From Laetmonice hystrix (lineage: Eukaryota): 64,000 nt of DNA. Positions 38,563 through 51,800 of this stretch are shown here, in pieces. Location: positions 7,752,001 through 7,816,000 of the forward strand of contig OZ249436.1 in NCBI GenBank assembly GCA_965235115.1, read 5' to 3'. The notes under the pieces were generated by a model. That model searched no databases and was not told where the DNA came from. It saw only the letters and a list, made by a program, of their open reading frames with translations. Each line of letters starts with the position of its first letter. The first letter of the stretch is position 1. Made by a program: the position numbers and the translations under genes.

Positions 38563-38906
38563 CGAGGAAACGACAGATGAAGAAATGTACAAATTCATTC
38601 AAAATGCAATTGAAGAACTTAATATCATGTACATATAATACGCACGGAAGACCAGGTCTAATGACTGGATATTTGTGCTAATGTCCACGTTACGTTATTT
38701 TGTTCGTTTCCTTTAAAAAAAAGTCCAACAGACATCAAAATTTACATGAAATTTAGTGCCAGATCCTGATGATACATGTAATTTGTTGTTGTTTAACTTA
38801 AAGGAGCGGTTATTGTACCAGAATATGAACTGTATGTAAGCCGTTTTAAAGACCAATTCCCCCGCTGACGTCATCAGGGGCAATGGTAAAGAATAGGCAG
38901 GAGTTA

Positions 38907-39535
38907 GGCCCGGTTTCCATGTGAGCGAAAACGCGCGCGTTCTCCGCGCGGTGAAAAGTCGATCCTGTGTATAACGAATGTACCGTTTGCATGTACGCGT
39001 TTTCACACGCGCGCTGATAATTCAGTCGCTCATGTATCGACTTTTTCGCGCGCGGGTAGCTGTCAAGACACCGTCACCTGCTGGACAATGTCACCGTGCA
39101 GGGGAATTCTAGGTCAAATTCCTCAGTTTATGGGGCAGTTCTCGTCACACAGCTTTAAGCATCCTCCAAGAGATCACTACAAAAGATAAATACGACTACT
39201 TTACATCTTTTTAATTCAATCAACTATGTCCAGAAAAGAAGCAATTAAGCTCAGGCCAGAGCAGCAGGAGCGGCTCATTGATCTTGTGGAAGAATGCCCT
39301 CTGCTCTATGATCCATCGTGTCGGGATCATAGAAACAATACTGGGCGCTTTTTTTGTGTTTCTGTAAGGCATACAGAAGCAACATTATTGTAGGACGCCT
39401 GGGGCAAGTTGCCAAGATCCACGTGATGGGCTGAGACAGCTGCTGAAACGCTCACATGGAAAGGGACTCCCCCTCTGCAATCAAGCGTAAAAATCGCGCG
39501 CGGACTTTTCAGTTCGCGTACATGGAAACCGGGCC
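38907..39535. mobile_element. Non-autonomous PIF/Harbinger-like transposon with a MADF (Myb/SANT-like) ORF remnant
   Basis: Perfect 16-bp TIR GGCCCGGTTTCCATGT, flanked by TTA/TGA. Internal 55-aa ORF 39226-39393 begins MSRKEAIKLRPEQQERLIDLVEECPLLYDPSCRDHRN. Confidence 0.75.
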
Positions 39536-40945
39536 TGAGACTGTGATGAGGCGCGAGATTAGAATTTTCAATATTTTTCTAAATTGAGAGGACTTCTCAG
39601 ATAAACCTATCAGGGATACGGCTACAACTCTAAGTGATCTATCTAGATCAGTAAAGTTAGCTATGTGATGTCAGTTGCACTTGCGATTTCGATTGAACAA
39701 TCTTAATGCTGTCGTCGCAGCCACCTAGTGTCATATTTGATAACTACAACCATTCTACACGTACACATGGACGAAATGTATTTTTGCGTTATTTCTGTTC
39801 AACAAAGGATCACTGTAACCCTATTGGAACGGGTGTCCAGGAGGAGCACGTATTTTCAATCAATTGTGATTTTGGTCAGCGGGCGTTAACGATTTGTTTT
39901 GAAGACAACTTCTCGAACTCGACTAGGCATCCAGAGACAGTCGGAATTTTGTTTTGGAGAAAAATAAATTAAGATATAAACAACGTGTTTCTGAGATGTG
40001 TTTTATTACCTAAGAAAACAATACATGCCTCATTACCACCATAAAACATGTCCTTGTAACCCAATATTATACAGATTATCCCCTCAAAAACATAAAAACA
40101 TCATGCTAACAGAACATCCAAGATGCGAATTTTCTTCTTTAATCAATAACAAATAACGGTGAGCAAGTGATTCCTCCTGTGTCATTACAATGAATACAGG
40201 ATTCTGGTCAGACAAATCAAGGGACTACGAAACAAATTTTGTCCCTGCCAGATGTGGCATCATAACAGGTCATAATCCTGGGACTTGTTAATCTCTAGAT
40301 CAATGAAAAAACAGTTAAAATGTACATTATTCAGCGTGAAACAACCATATTTCATATATCAGGCATTTGAAGGCGATATAAAGATTTAGATGTGGTACTG
40401 ATCTCCGACGTACGTACTGATTACGCCTATCTAAGTGCAAACAGTGGAATACCATATAGTTAGCTGTGAACTGAAGTGGGCCCCTACATACAGGGGTTGA
40501 TACACGACCCGGTTCCAGTTTACTAAATGTGTCAAGTTAGTACCGGGTGCTCTTTGGACAAAATTCGGCTTCCAGTTAGCAGAACTTCCGGTATACCATC
40601 TCTTATTATGAATCAATAAGAAAGAACAAAAAACATGATATCATACCAGGAATACCAGCTCCATTTTGCTAACAGCACGTAGCTTTCTACAAAGCCAGAT
40701 AAGATTACCATGGTTACCATAAACCCTCTACCCTTACCGGTATTTCCTGGCACCTCTCCCAGTTTACTACTGATATGCCTGTCAGGCCTCGTCCTACAAC
40801 AGTGCCACTGACAATGGACTAAGTGGCGTATTTAGTTGGGTGAAAATGCGGGGGGGGGGGGGCGCTCCGCCATGTCCGTCCACATCCCGCTTTCCTACTT
40901 ATAAATACGCCATTGAATGGTGTTTAAAGATCACAGATTCTCTTA

Positions 40946-41105
40946 TGGGCCCAGCTTTTCACAAATTCTCAACTTGAGTAAAGCTTACTTAAGTAATCTA
41001 CCAGGCTTTTGATTGGCTGGTTTGCTTAGGCCAGCCAATCAGAAGCCTGTTAGTTTACTTAGGTAAGCTTCACTCAAGTTGAGAATTTTTGAAAAACTGG
41101 GCCCA
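40946..41105. mobile_element. 160-bp near-perfect palindromic MITE/hairpin
   Basis: TGGGCCCAG...TTCTCAACTTGAGTAAAGCTTAC...GATTGGCTGG / CCAGCCAATC...GTAAGCTTCACTCAAGTTGAGAA...CTGGGCCCA. Confidence 0.85.
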
Positions 41106-42824
41106 GATGCATCTAGATGTCTACAGCCAACTTTGATTTAGTCAAGCGGTTTAACATCTCTTCGTATCACATACGGTAAACGCATTCTAGCACGCTCTTC
41201 ACAAATAAACGCCCAGACTGGAAACCTGGGCAGCCATTCCAGTCACAAATACCAGGAGACCTAAACATTGCCGCATATATTATTGTGGACCTTGCATTTT
41301 ATATTCTGTCTATATCAAAACCTGGGCCAAACAAGTCGGAATTCATTAGTTAAATCCGGCAGCCTCTTTGTATAAATGTACATCATAGACTGCATGCAGT
41401 AATTTTAAAAGAAAGAAATTCATTACGTTTTCTCTGCGCCCTGTTTTTAAGGACGACTAGATCATGGTAAAGGTCACCATGTTTTTGTGGACTATCTTTA
41501 GCCCAATGAATACAATCACGGATGATACAGATTTGTATTCATCTACCCGCATTTTTTTAAAGGATTTTCGGGCCTGTAATTTGTCAATTTGATATTACAT
41601 CATTGCCAAGACTTTTAGATCCCTGAAAATAGTCTCCAAGACAAGGTGTAACCAGTCGGCGATGTAACTTATGGAAATCTCCCCAACTGTAACCTCAACT
41701 TGACAAACGTTTAAAACTGCAAGAACTAAATAGAGGATGTCAGTATTGCTGTCGCAGGGCCGTGGATAACTTTGTTATACAGTTATACATCCACAGACAT
41801 TCTTCCTCTTCTGGTAATCTCGCACTCTTTCAGTTTCATACATGGTTCGTACAACTTGACCCAATAAAGTTTCCTTGATTCTCAAAATTTCCCATGTTAG
41901 AGCATAGTTACTAGAAATGACACAAGCAAGTCTTCCCCAACGCTAGAAAATACCAGTACACATTTCAAAACGTCACCAAAAATTTGTATGCACCCTGTCC
42001 AAATACACATTTCTACTAACAATACATATACATGTATACCCGACTTGATATTACCAGACCCTTTTTAAAAAATAATTTTCTCCCCTCTACCGTGGCAGTG
42101 TGTCAAACCAGGAGACAGTTTGACCTAGAGCGGTTACATACAAATATGTACATGTCTCCGTAATACACAAAGTACCAGTCCAGTATTCACCACATTAGGT
42201 ATTTATGACCGTTAAAAGCACAAGTACCTGTATCTTAAATTAGTGCCCTGAGCCTCGGTGTCGAGACTCTATTAAAGTAAGCGACTTCATGCTCTCTCCT
42301 CTGTCAAATGTGATTGCAAATACCAAAAGCACAACAAAATCAAAATTCCCATCATGTGAAGCACATTTACACTGAGATCAACTGCCTTCGTCCACATCCA
42401 TGCTACAGCATGTGACAAAGCTCTGCAGTTGTACTAGACAATGAACTAGCCTACAATATAAGCCCACAAAAACCTCGTGATCCCTACTTACCAAAACAAA
42501 CATCAGGGCCGTAGCCTTCCCAACATTAACAGTGTTATTGACACCTCGTACTTGCCCAAGACCGAGGCACTGCCCCCCTGCCTAACTACCCCATGATTTA
42601 ACCCACATTGGATACCCGTACCTTTATGTACCCCAGTACAATCGGCATGCCCACACCGATAGGTGACCAGCACAAGGACATTACTGGTACTTTCGATTCA
42701 TTAGTCCACACCTGTATTTCACCTGGAATGTTTCCCTTATACTCAGAAATCATTGATTGCATTTCGTTTACGTTTTAATCTTTGGGCGAATTTAAGAAAC
42801 AGCAGCTCATGTCAGATTTCTCCT

Positions 42825-45800
42825 CTAATTACGCATCCCTTCTACAGGGGGCGCCACTTGTCTCCGCTGGCCTTGGTAGGACCCTTTGTTCATCTGAAAT
42901 AAGTGTAAATACATGTATATTAGTAGAAAGTTTGTTATTTTGACTGTTATCTGCAACGAACCTTATCACCCCCACTTTTAACATTACAATACCAGAAACT
43001 TGCTCTCACTTGATACTCAGGGGTGCGTTTCACAACAATCGTAACCCTGTCGTACATAAAACTCCCCATTGAAAATACATTGGTGTTTACGATACAACAA
43101 GCTTACGGCAGGTTGTGAAACGCACCCCTGTATCATAAATCCAGTGCAACACCAAAGAATGATGTCATACTTATAACTTCAACTTACTTCTTCAAACCGT
43201 AGACTTGTGTCTCTGAATTTTTGCTGTTCCTGCAATAAAATAGAAGTACGATCAACAACATTTTAATAATTTAATGACTTCTAAGCACTTCTCAACGAGA
43301 ACAATACGTGTATGCGATAATTCTATTTGGGAAATAGACAGTTGCCTAGAAACTAGACTTACAACTTACAAGCACTGTTTCTACCCAGTAAATCAGTCTT
43401 TGTTTTGTAACATCTACTCCCAATGTAAAATCACTGAAGTAAATAAAAACACTCTGTTTTCGTCCCTACCCCATGTAGTTAAAAATTTGTAACAATATAA
43501 TTTTTAATTGTCCTATTCCGAGCACCAAACTATTTTGGTGTAGTCTTGGTTTGTGAAAACTTCACTTTGGAAAACAAAATGATCTAGGTGAGCGTTTCCA
43601 ACTTTATACTAACATGTACAACATAAAAATTACGAGCGAGTACACCACCAGATATTATACGAGGCCTTCCCAAAGTGAATTCTTGCACCAATGAAACACC
43701 TGCAGCCCCAAAACACTGGCCCACTGATCCAGACGCTGAGCATGATAGAGACCCAAGAGATTGTAAAAGCAAACGCCCAATAGAGGATATGGAATCACAC
43801 TGTACGGTTTCTCCAATCAAAATGTGATCCTAGAAATTTTCCTTATATCCTTTGAATAAAAAAAAATACAGTGCATGCTTTTAGTTTCTTAATAAGTAAT
43901 ATATTGTGTTAACAGGAATATCAAAATTTTGGAACCATTTGAAATTAGGTGACTGACAGCCACCAAGGCAAACCCACTTCAGTAAGCAACGATGACAGAG
44001 GCATAAAAAGTCCAAACCACGAATTAACGTTCCAGAATGTCTCCTAAAAATTGATGTTCTTATGCTTTACCACTATTCCGCTTCAACAGTACAATAAAAC
44101 AATACAAAATTAAACAATCAACTCATTCCGACTCTGAGACCAAACTTTCTATCCTATTGTAAAACACATGGAACTGGAATCGGACTAATACATGTATTAA
44201 TAAGACATGAAATTATTCACAATTCAGATCAATCTTAGGAACACACACTAGTTACTCAGGCTCTAACTCCAGGGCAAAATTTATCATAATTCGTCATGTA
44301 TTTTGCTTCAATTGAACAGCGGTACAATTTTTGGGCGACGCCTGGTCTAGGCCTATGTCTGAATGCAAATTTTGTAAGGTAAATTATGCCCTGAATTCGA
44401 TCACAATCTGCTGCCACTGATGACAGTAAGGTAGCTACAGATATGTACAACTGCTTCAGCAAACCAACTAATCACATTCTGCAAGCATACAAAGTGAACA
44501 CAGGCAAACACAATCACAACGACATAACCTCACACTACACATCGTCACAAAACGTTCCCTTTTAGCCTGCCAAGGTTTGTAACGTTTCATGAAGTTTTGT
44601 AATGTTACCCGCTACTGAACACACCCCTGGTAACAGTGGCAGACTTCATGTCATTCAATAGTAAATATGGGAGTGGACATTCTGTCTAATGTGTGGGCAT
44701 TCTGTCTAATGTTGGTCAGCATCAATGATTGATGAGCGACGAATTTCCAGTAGTCTACTGATTTTTCTGAAATGGCCAGAGTTCATTTCAGCGACTAGTC
44801 ACTGGGCGACTGGCCAAACTGGCCAATGGGAATCCAGCATCATGACCCTTGTCCTTGACCCCAGCAAGACTCCAAAGAGACTGAGGTAAGGTCAGCGACG
44901 CCGGGAGGTCGTCAGACGACCTCAGTGACTAAAGTCGCTGACGGTAGGCGACTGTGCGCGCTGGTCAGTTGGCGTAGGTAGGCATCAGAAGTATGAACCA
45001 GGCTTAAGTCATCTGTCATTGCAACGGAAAAATCATTTGGAGTAAACATTGTCCCAATGTGGATACTACGGTAACTAACCACCCATCTTTGAAATCTTTA
45101 CTCGATATTTCTCTGATAATATTCGTGATCAGATTAGATTTACAAGCGGCAAAGGTAGTCCACTGCCAGGCTATGGGAACCATCATTGGTCAGTCAGTCC
45201 CTTGCCGTAAGCTATATTGCAGCTACAAAAAGTGATGTTGAAAGTTTTGTGCTTCTGAACTCGTGATGTGCACTCACTGTCATACGGTGATCAATGCCGT
45301 TACAATGTGTACAGTTGAAACAGTTCGACGAATGCTTGGGTGACTCATTACTGAGTGGATATTTGGTGAACTCCCACGATCTTATCAGAGATTGAGAAAC
45401 ATTTACCTAGTTGAAGACTAGGTAAATGGCCTTAAACCAGGTAAAATGCAAACACTACTGCCAAAGATTTAAAGATATCTAAAAAATGAATCCAATTACT
45501 GACCCGCCTCATAAAAAGAAGAAAAACAATGATCACTACTCTGTTACTAAATACGTTGGTATAGAGTTGGTCTGAAAGAAGCAATAGAATTTTTTTTTAA
45601 ATAAAAAAAAAAGTGTAATGCAAGCATAATTTGTGAATATAAATATCACTGAAAATCGGACCCAAGATGAAGTGAAAAAGACGTTTTCTCCCTCACTTAT
45701 GTGAAAACTCTTGGACCACCAATTACATCAAGACTGTGATAAATGAAAGCTTTTCTGAGAAAGTAAGAATCGCCAACCAAGTTTAAACCCAAACAACAAA

Positions 45801-48800
45801 GACAGATTGTAAAGATTTGTGGAGAAATCTTTCCGAGAGTTTCAACCAATGAAACCCCAACGTTTGTGATTCCCTGGGTATAAGAGACTGACAATGCTGG
45901 ACGTTGGGAAGACAATCACATGCTTTAGTTAAGCACAACCTGGGGTTTGATACATGCATCCATGCGCTGCACCAGCAGCTCTAGTTGCAGCTATCATACC
46001 ACATCATGAGCTGGGGCTCCTCCTCGCTTTCTCCATGCCATCTCCCGATATCTCAGCTGCTCTTCATCCGTTGGCACATCACCCTTGGCGACATAATCGT
46101 CATCAAAATCTCCATCTGGGACATTTCCAGTACGATCATCCAAAACGTCTTGCTGGTTGTCATTAGGATCTACATCTTGTCCTTGATGGTCACTGTGTAA
46201 TTGTTGCTGATGACTAGCAATGTCCCTTGGATCGTTTCTACCGTCTGTATCATCATCTGGTGGCCTTCTGCCAGCCATCTCAGCAGGCCCATCATCAAAC
46301 CCCTCACCCCTCTCAATCATGGCTTGCATGTGTTGGTTTCTATCATATCCCCTCCCTTCATCTCCATCAAGATGAGGCTGATGGTAAATAGCACCAACCT
46401 GTGGCTTGTCTTTGTTTGCCCCGGCTGCCTCGTTGACAGGGACACTGTTCCTCTCCTGGCCATAACTGGGTCTCTTCTCCTCACCACCACCCACTGGTCT
46501 ACCCTCTGGGGGCTGCTGTACGTTCTCAACACCAGGTGGCGCTCGCTCCATATTCTGTACGCCAGGTGGCGCCTGTAGCCCTGCCTGTTGATCACTTGGT
46601 GGCTGTTGAACAGCGTTTGCGTCATCGTTGGGCGGTGGATTAAGACCACGATTGTTTGAATCTACAGCAGCGCCAATGTGCCCCTCTTTACCAACCTGTG
46701 GCTGGCCCGGCTGCTCTTGCTGTGAGGCCATCTGCCGATTATAGGCCTCATTTGGATTTTCTTGTACTCCGATTTTCCCTTCTCGCTTGATGCCCAAATC
46801 TCCAGCAGGGCCTTCTTCTTTTTTAACATCTGTCAATGACATAAAATATCAAATATGTACCATGGAATAATAATACAAATCTGCTGTTTGGCCAAAATTA
46901 AAACAACTACTTGACAAATGACAAATGACGTAATGCGAACTGTGCAAGTTTTGCTCAACATAACAGAGCATCACAACTGATAAACTGAAACTTTTATGAA
47001 CTTGGAATGATTATACCGATTCAACATGATAAACTTACATGAAAAAATGAAATTATTTCAAATGGCGAATCGAGAGTACCATTAATTAAATTATACCATT
47101 AATTAAATTCCTAATCAATTTAGTAAACTAGAAAAAGGTTAAGCAACCAGTGCATCAGCACAATAGCCCAGAAATGAGAAACTATCAAAAACTCAGAATG
47201 TGTGATTTGCAGACCACCAGTATAAGCTTGCCAAAGAAGAGTAAACCACCAAAACTGAAAACTTCAGGGCACCCAAATTACTCCACCATTACGATAAATA
47301 TCTCATCCCACTGCATATTCTAGGGCTCGGTTTCTTGGTGGAGCTTGAGTCCAACCTTTAAATTAAGATTCACCAAGAAACCGAGCACTTTGGTTAACGG
47401 TATGTCTATTTCACTCCTCCATGGCTGAAAGTGTTAGAAGATTCTGTGTGGATGAGGCGAATCACCTACAGCTGCCGCCCCCCCCCCCCCCCCAAAAAAA
47501 TAAATAAAATAAAAAATTCTGAAAGTGTTAGAACACTACTTTTCACATTTCACTCGTACCTATTGATGGCTCTGTAAGTTCACAGTAAAGTTGTCTAGAA
47601 AACCTTCAGTTAGCATTAGCGGTCCCTGGTGAGGCCCCCGGTGGAGATTATACATACCCTGTGTGACATTGCTTGCTACCTGAGACGGGTACCTTCCTGT
47701 AAGGTTAAAGGTCAGCCCTTGCTGCAGTTCAGCTGCTTTACTACTAGAATTAGTTGCCAAATTGGACTGGCTTGCTGCAGTAGCGTTAGTGTCAAGCCCT
47801 GAACCTTTCTTGCTTGTGCCAATGCCAGTGCCCATCAAAGTCTTCGCCTTTGAATAAAGACTGTGAAAAAGGGACTGGCTTTTAGTGGTTGGTGCTTCCT
47901 CAAGACCCACATGCTGGGCATTTGTTTTGTTGTTGGTAGTGATGGTTTTGTTGAGGTCTGTGGCTAGGGACTCATTCCTGTTAGCCACTGACCCACCCAG
48001 AGTCTGAGTGGTCACAGTTGTGGTTGTACCTGAGGACTGCGCCCTGGTTACTGAAGTGTCTTGTTGCCCTGGTTGTGGCAAATGTTGGGCTTCTGGTTTG
48101 AGTCCTTCTTGTGCTCCTTGGTTAGCATCAAGCCCCTGGGGGACATTGGGGTTATCAGCCTGGCCATATCCAGGCTGTTGTTGTTGCTTCACTTGGTCTT
48201 GGAAAGCTTGCTGCTGATCTTTCTCTCTTTGCAGCTGGTCATTTTGGTTTTGGAAGGATTGGTCTACTTTAGCTGGTTGTTGTTGCCCTTGTTGCTGTGT
48301 TACTTGCTGTTGCTGCTGCTGTTGTTGTAGCTGCGGCTGGACAGCAGGCTCATTTTGCTGGGGTTGTATCCCCTGCTGGTTCTGCGGTGGAATCTGTGCA
48401 GCTTGATTAAACCTCGAGTTGTCCAGTTTCTCTGATGTCCTCACAGTCTGAACGCCATCAGCTCCAACTGAAGGAATTTGATTTCCTTCCTGTTGCTGCA
48501 GTGGTTGTTGCTGTGGTGGCTGCAGCTGCTGCTGTTGTTGTTGCTGTGGTAGCTGTTGTTGCTGTGGTGGTTGTTGTTGTTGCTGTGGTAGCTGTTGTTG
48601 CTGTGGTGGTTGCTGTTGTTGCTGTGGTGGTTGCTGTTGTTGCTGTGGTAGCTGTGGTTGTTGCTGTGGTAGCTGTTGTTGCTGTGGTGGTTGTTGTTGG
48701 AGTGGTTGCTGTTGCTCTGGTGTCTGCTGCTGCTGCTGTAGTGGTGGATGTGTGCCAATGGCTCTGAAATCCAATCAAATTACAATTAAAATTTTAATCA

Positions 48801-51800
48801 CTATCTCAACCTTCATGTGAACATATATAATTAATTTCTTGAGAAACTATTTATGAGGTCCTTTTAATGTTTTTTCAGTACGTACATTCCAGTGTTAAGG
48901 ATTCCTGTCGTGTCGATTCCAGCCTCTTGTAACATATAGATAGCACGAGGTCCCATCTTCTGTTGAACTACTGCGAGAAAGTCTTGCCTGGCCTTCTGCA
49001 CCAACGGCTTGCAATCACTGAAATATTGGCTCAATGTAGTCATTTATTTCAAATGTACATTAAGTGTTTGTATTTATTTATCTGCCCTGAATCATACGTT
49101 TCACTGATTACTATAAAAGTTTACTTGAGTTTTCTACCTACTGATTCTTGTTACTCTCTTAATTACTGATCATGACGATCATGTGTTAGAGTCTGATATT
49201 GATGCCAGTATGGTACAGCTTCTCTGAGCCTGTATTCAGGATAACCTGACAAAAGTTACAGTAGCTGTTGCAGCCTGCATGCCTAGGCACACTCCTACTA
49301 CTGGCCACACCAACCAATACTTCAGAATTATTCCTTTCTGACAACTGAGGTTAGTGGACTTTGGATATGCAGTACAATGTACACTGATATATACAACCAG
49401 ATCCACCATTCGTTCACCCTCACATTTTCGATTTTGGCTTAAAATCTTCAGACTTTCAGAAGGGAGTCTGAGAGATAGGGAATGCATACATTAACAGAGG
49501 TTGTAAGATACTATTAGGATTGGTTTAGCAATAGGAGCAGGAGGGTCAGTACTTACACTTGTGGCTCCGGTTTACATTTTTCATTTACTGCTGTCTTCAG
49601 CCTGACTTGGCAGTCCTCACCCTCTACTGTGTCCCATATGAAAGAAAAAGCGTTGTTTTGGTACTCTGTGATTTGATACTCTTTGACTTGGGAGAAAGCA
49701 AACACAAGAACAATATTTTAACTTAAATATGAGTGTTTTGCAGTTTGTACACATCCTTGCCTTTTTGCTAAATTGGCACACTATGAAAATAAGGCCACTT
49801 TTCTTTCTATAACACTTTCACATATAATACCTAGTTTTACAATCCTTGGGCTCGCTGTAATGATGAAATCCTGCAGGTGATGTGGCTAGAGATGTAATAT
49901 AAACTAAAATCAATAAATCAATTCACCTGTTGCTAGGCATACAAATAAACTTCAAACAGAAAGTGCTCAGGGTTGGACAAATATTTTTATGAGTCACTGG
50001 TCCGAAACTCCAGGATTTCATGGAGTGTTTATGGATCATCACTGCCATGACAGGCCACAGATCTCTAGCATCCTTGGAGGATGGAGGTTTGTGACCAGCT
50101 ACATGCCTGGCACCAGGCTCTGACAGGTACCGGTACCACCTGTCAATGACAGTAGGTTTAACCAAGACTGGGCAAGAGTCCGACGGACTACCATTGATAT
50201 ATATTTTCACAAGTCCGAAGCAATAATAGGCAGGTCCCAGACCTCGGGTTAGTGGATTTGTCCAACTCTGAGTGCTGTTTGTGTAATGCTGTATTCTATA
50301 AATTGCTATTAAAAATGTCAAACTGTACTCTTCCCATATTCAGATTTCACATGGCAGACTGTTCAGTTTCAGAGTCAATGTGACAATAAATGCAGGCATG
50401 GTGATGAAATAACCAGTGGAAGACGGTACACTGGAATAGTCTGAGAAAAAAATCCCACATATAATGAATTCCTGATCTTTCCTCTGTAGAGGTCGGCATA
50501 CCAGGTGCCTAAAGGCAACTGGCAAGGATTCAAGGATTCTTGTGTTTAAAGGGTTGATGACACTTCATTTTGATACCAGCTTGACTATATGACTTCCTTT
50601 TAAAATTTCTAACAGAGTGATCACCATGCTCTAACAATGAGAATAAGGAGTGTGTAAAGGGCCTGATCCACAGACCGATTTACGGCCTATTTTGAGATAC
50701 TGCCGATTTTTCTCCATAGTAAATCGGTCTGTGGATCAGGCCTTTAAGAGTGATAGCACAAACCTTTCCTCACTTGTGGGCCTAAAACCATACACAGAGT
50801 ATGTGAACACCGTGGGACCGACGGCCCGAGACCCGCTAAAAACCCGTCGGTCCGACAGACCTTCCCATTTAGCAGGCCCGATTGTCCCGCACACATTTGG
50901 CTGTTATGTACCCACCTAAGTCCCAAGTAGGCATCGATTGAGGAGAAGCTGCTCCACTACATGCAATAGACTCCACTACACTGTCCTTTAGCCAACCAGA
51001 GCACAGATATACATTTTATATTTATTTATACATTTATTCTATTGCACCTGGTAATGACACCAGCATAATAAAGACGTGTTATATTCATGAGCATGCGTTT
51101 TTATGTAATTTTTGTGACGTATTTCAGTAGGTCAGACAGAACTCTGGTAGGTCCCCCAGACTTGTTACTTCTGCAGGACCGCAGGTCCTGCAGAAATTTT
51201 GGCACTTTCACATACTCTGCATACAGCTGGAAATTCATAAAATCTCTTCTCGGTATTTATTTGAAAAACTTGATAGCCACTGGCGACCATAGGACTGCAA
51301 GGTTCTGCCTCCGAACAGAATCAAGAGACCAACAGGAAACACATGCTGAATTAGTTTCCATATGTTTGCATATAATCCATGCTCATGATGATCCCTCAGT
51401 ATTCACCCAGCTCCAATCAGTATTCACCAAGCTCCATTTCCATGGTTGGTATCCAGGGATAGCTGATTCCTATCACTCGATGTCTGGGGCAAGTTGATAG
51501 AATGGTCGGGCTAGTCCAACAGACCAAAGACAATTTAGCCCAATGGCTAGTGCTCTGACCTAACATACAAACAAGTATAGAGGGCACGTGGAGGTCAGAG
51601 CCAGGCAAGCCTGTCCTGTGGCAAGTGATCAGTTTGAAAAATCGGTATCCACCCTGAATTCCTTGCCTGGACCATTATATTTTAGAGTTCCATAGTTCCA
51701 GGTTGTTCCATGGATATATATACAGGGAACAAAACAGGCGCAGCAAATTTACTTCTCCAAAACCAAACCTCGCATGTCTGGCTTAACAGTAAAACAAGGA

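Noticed and set aside
42842..42856. CTCF-like CTACAGGGGGCGCC
   Set aside because: Lies within the last GOLM coding exon and is explained by codons (VAPPV).
48008..48778. Poly-Val/Ala, poly-Thr/Ala and His/Ser/Asn ORFs (antifreeze-like appearance)
   Set aside because: Alternative frames and antisense of the poly-Gln exon; splice phases support only the Gln frame.
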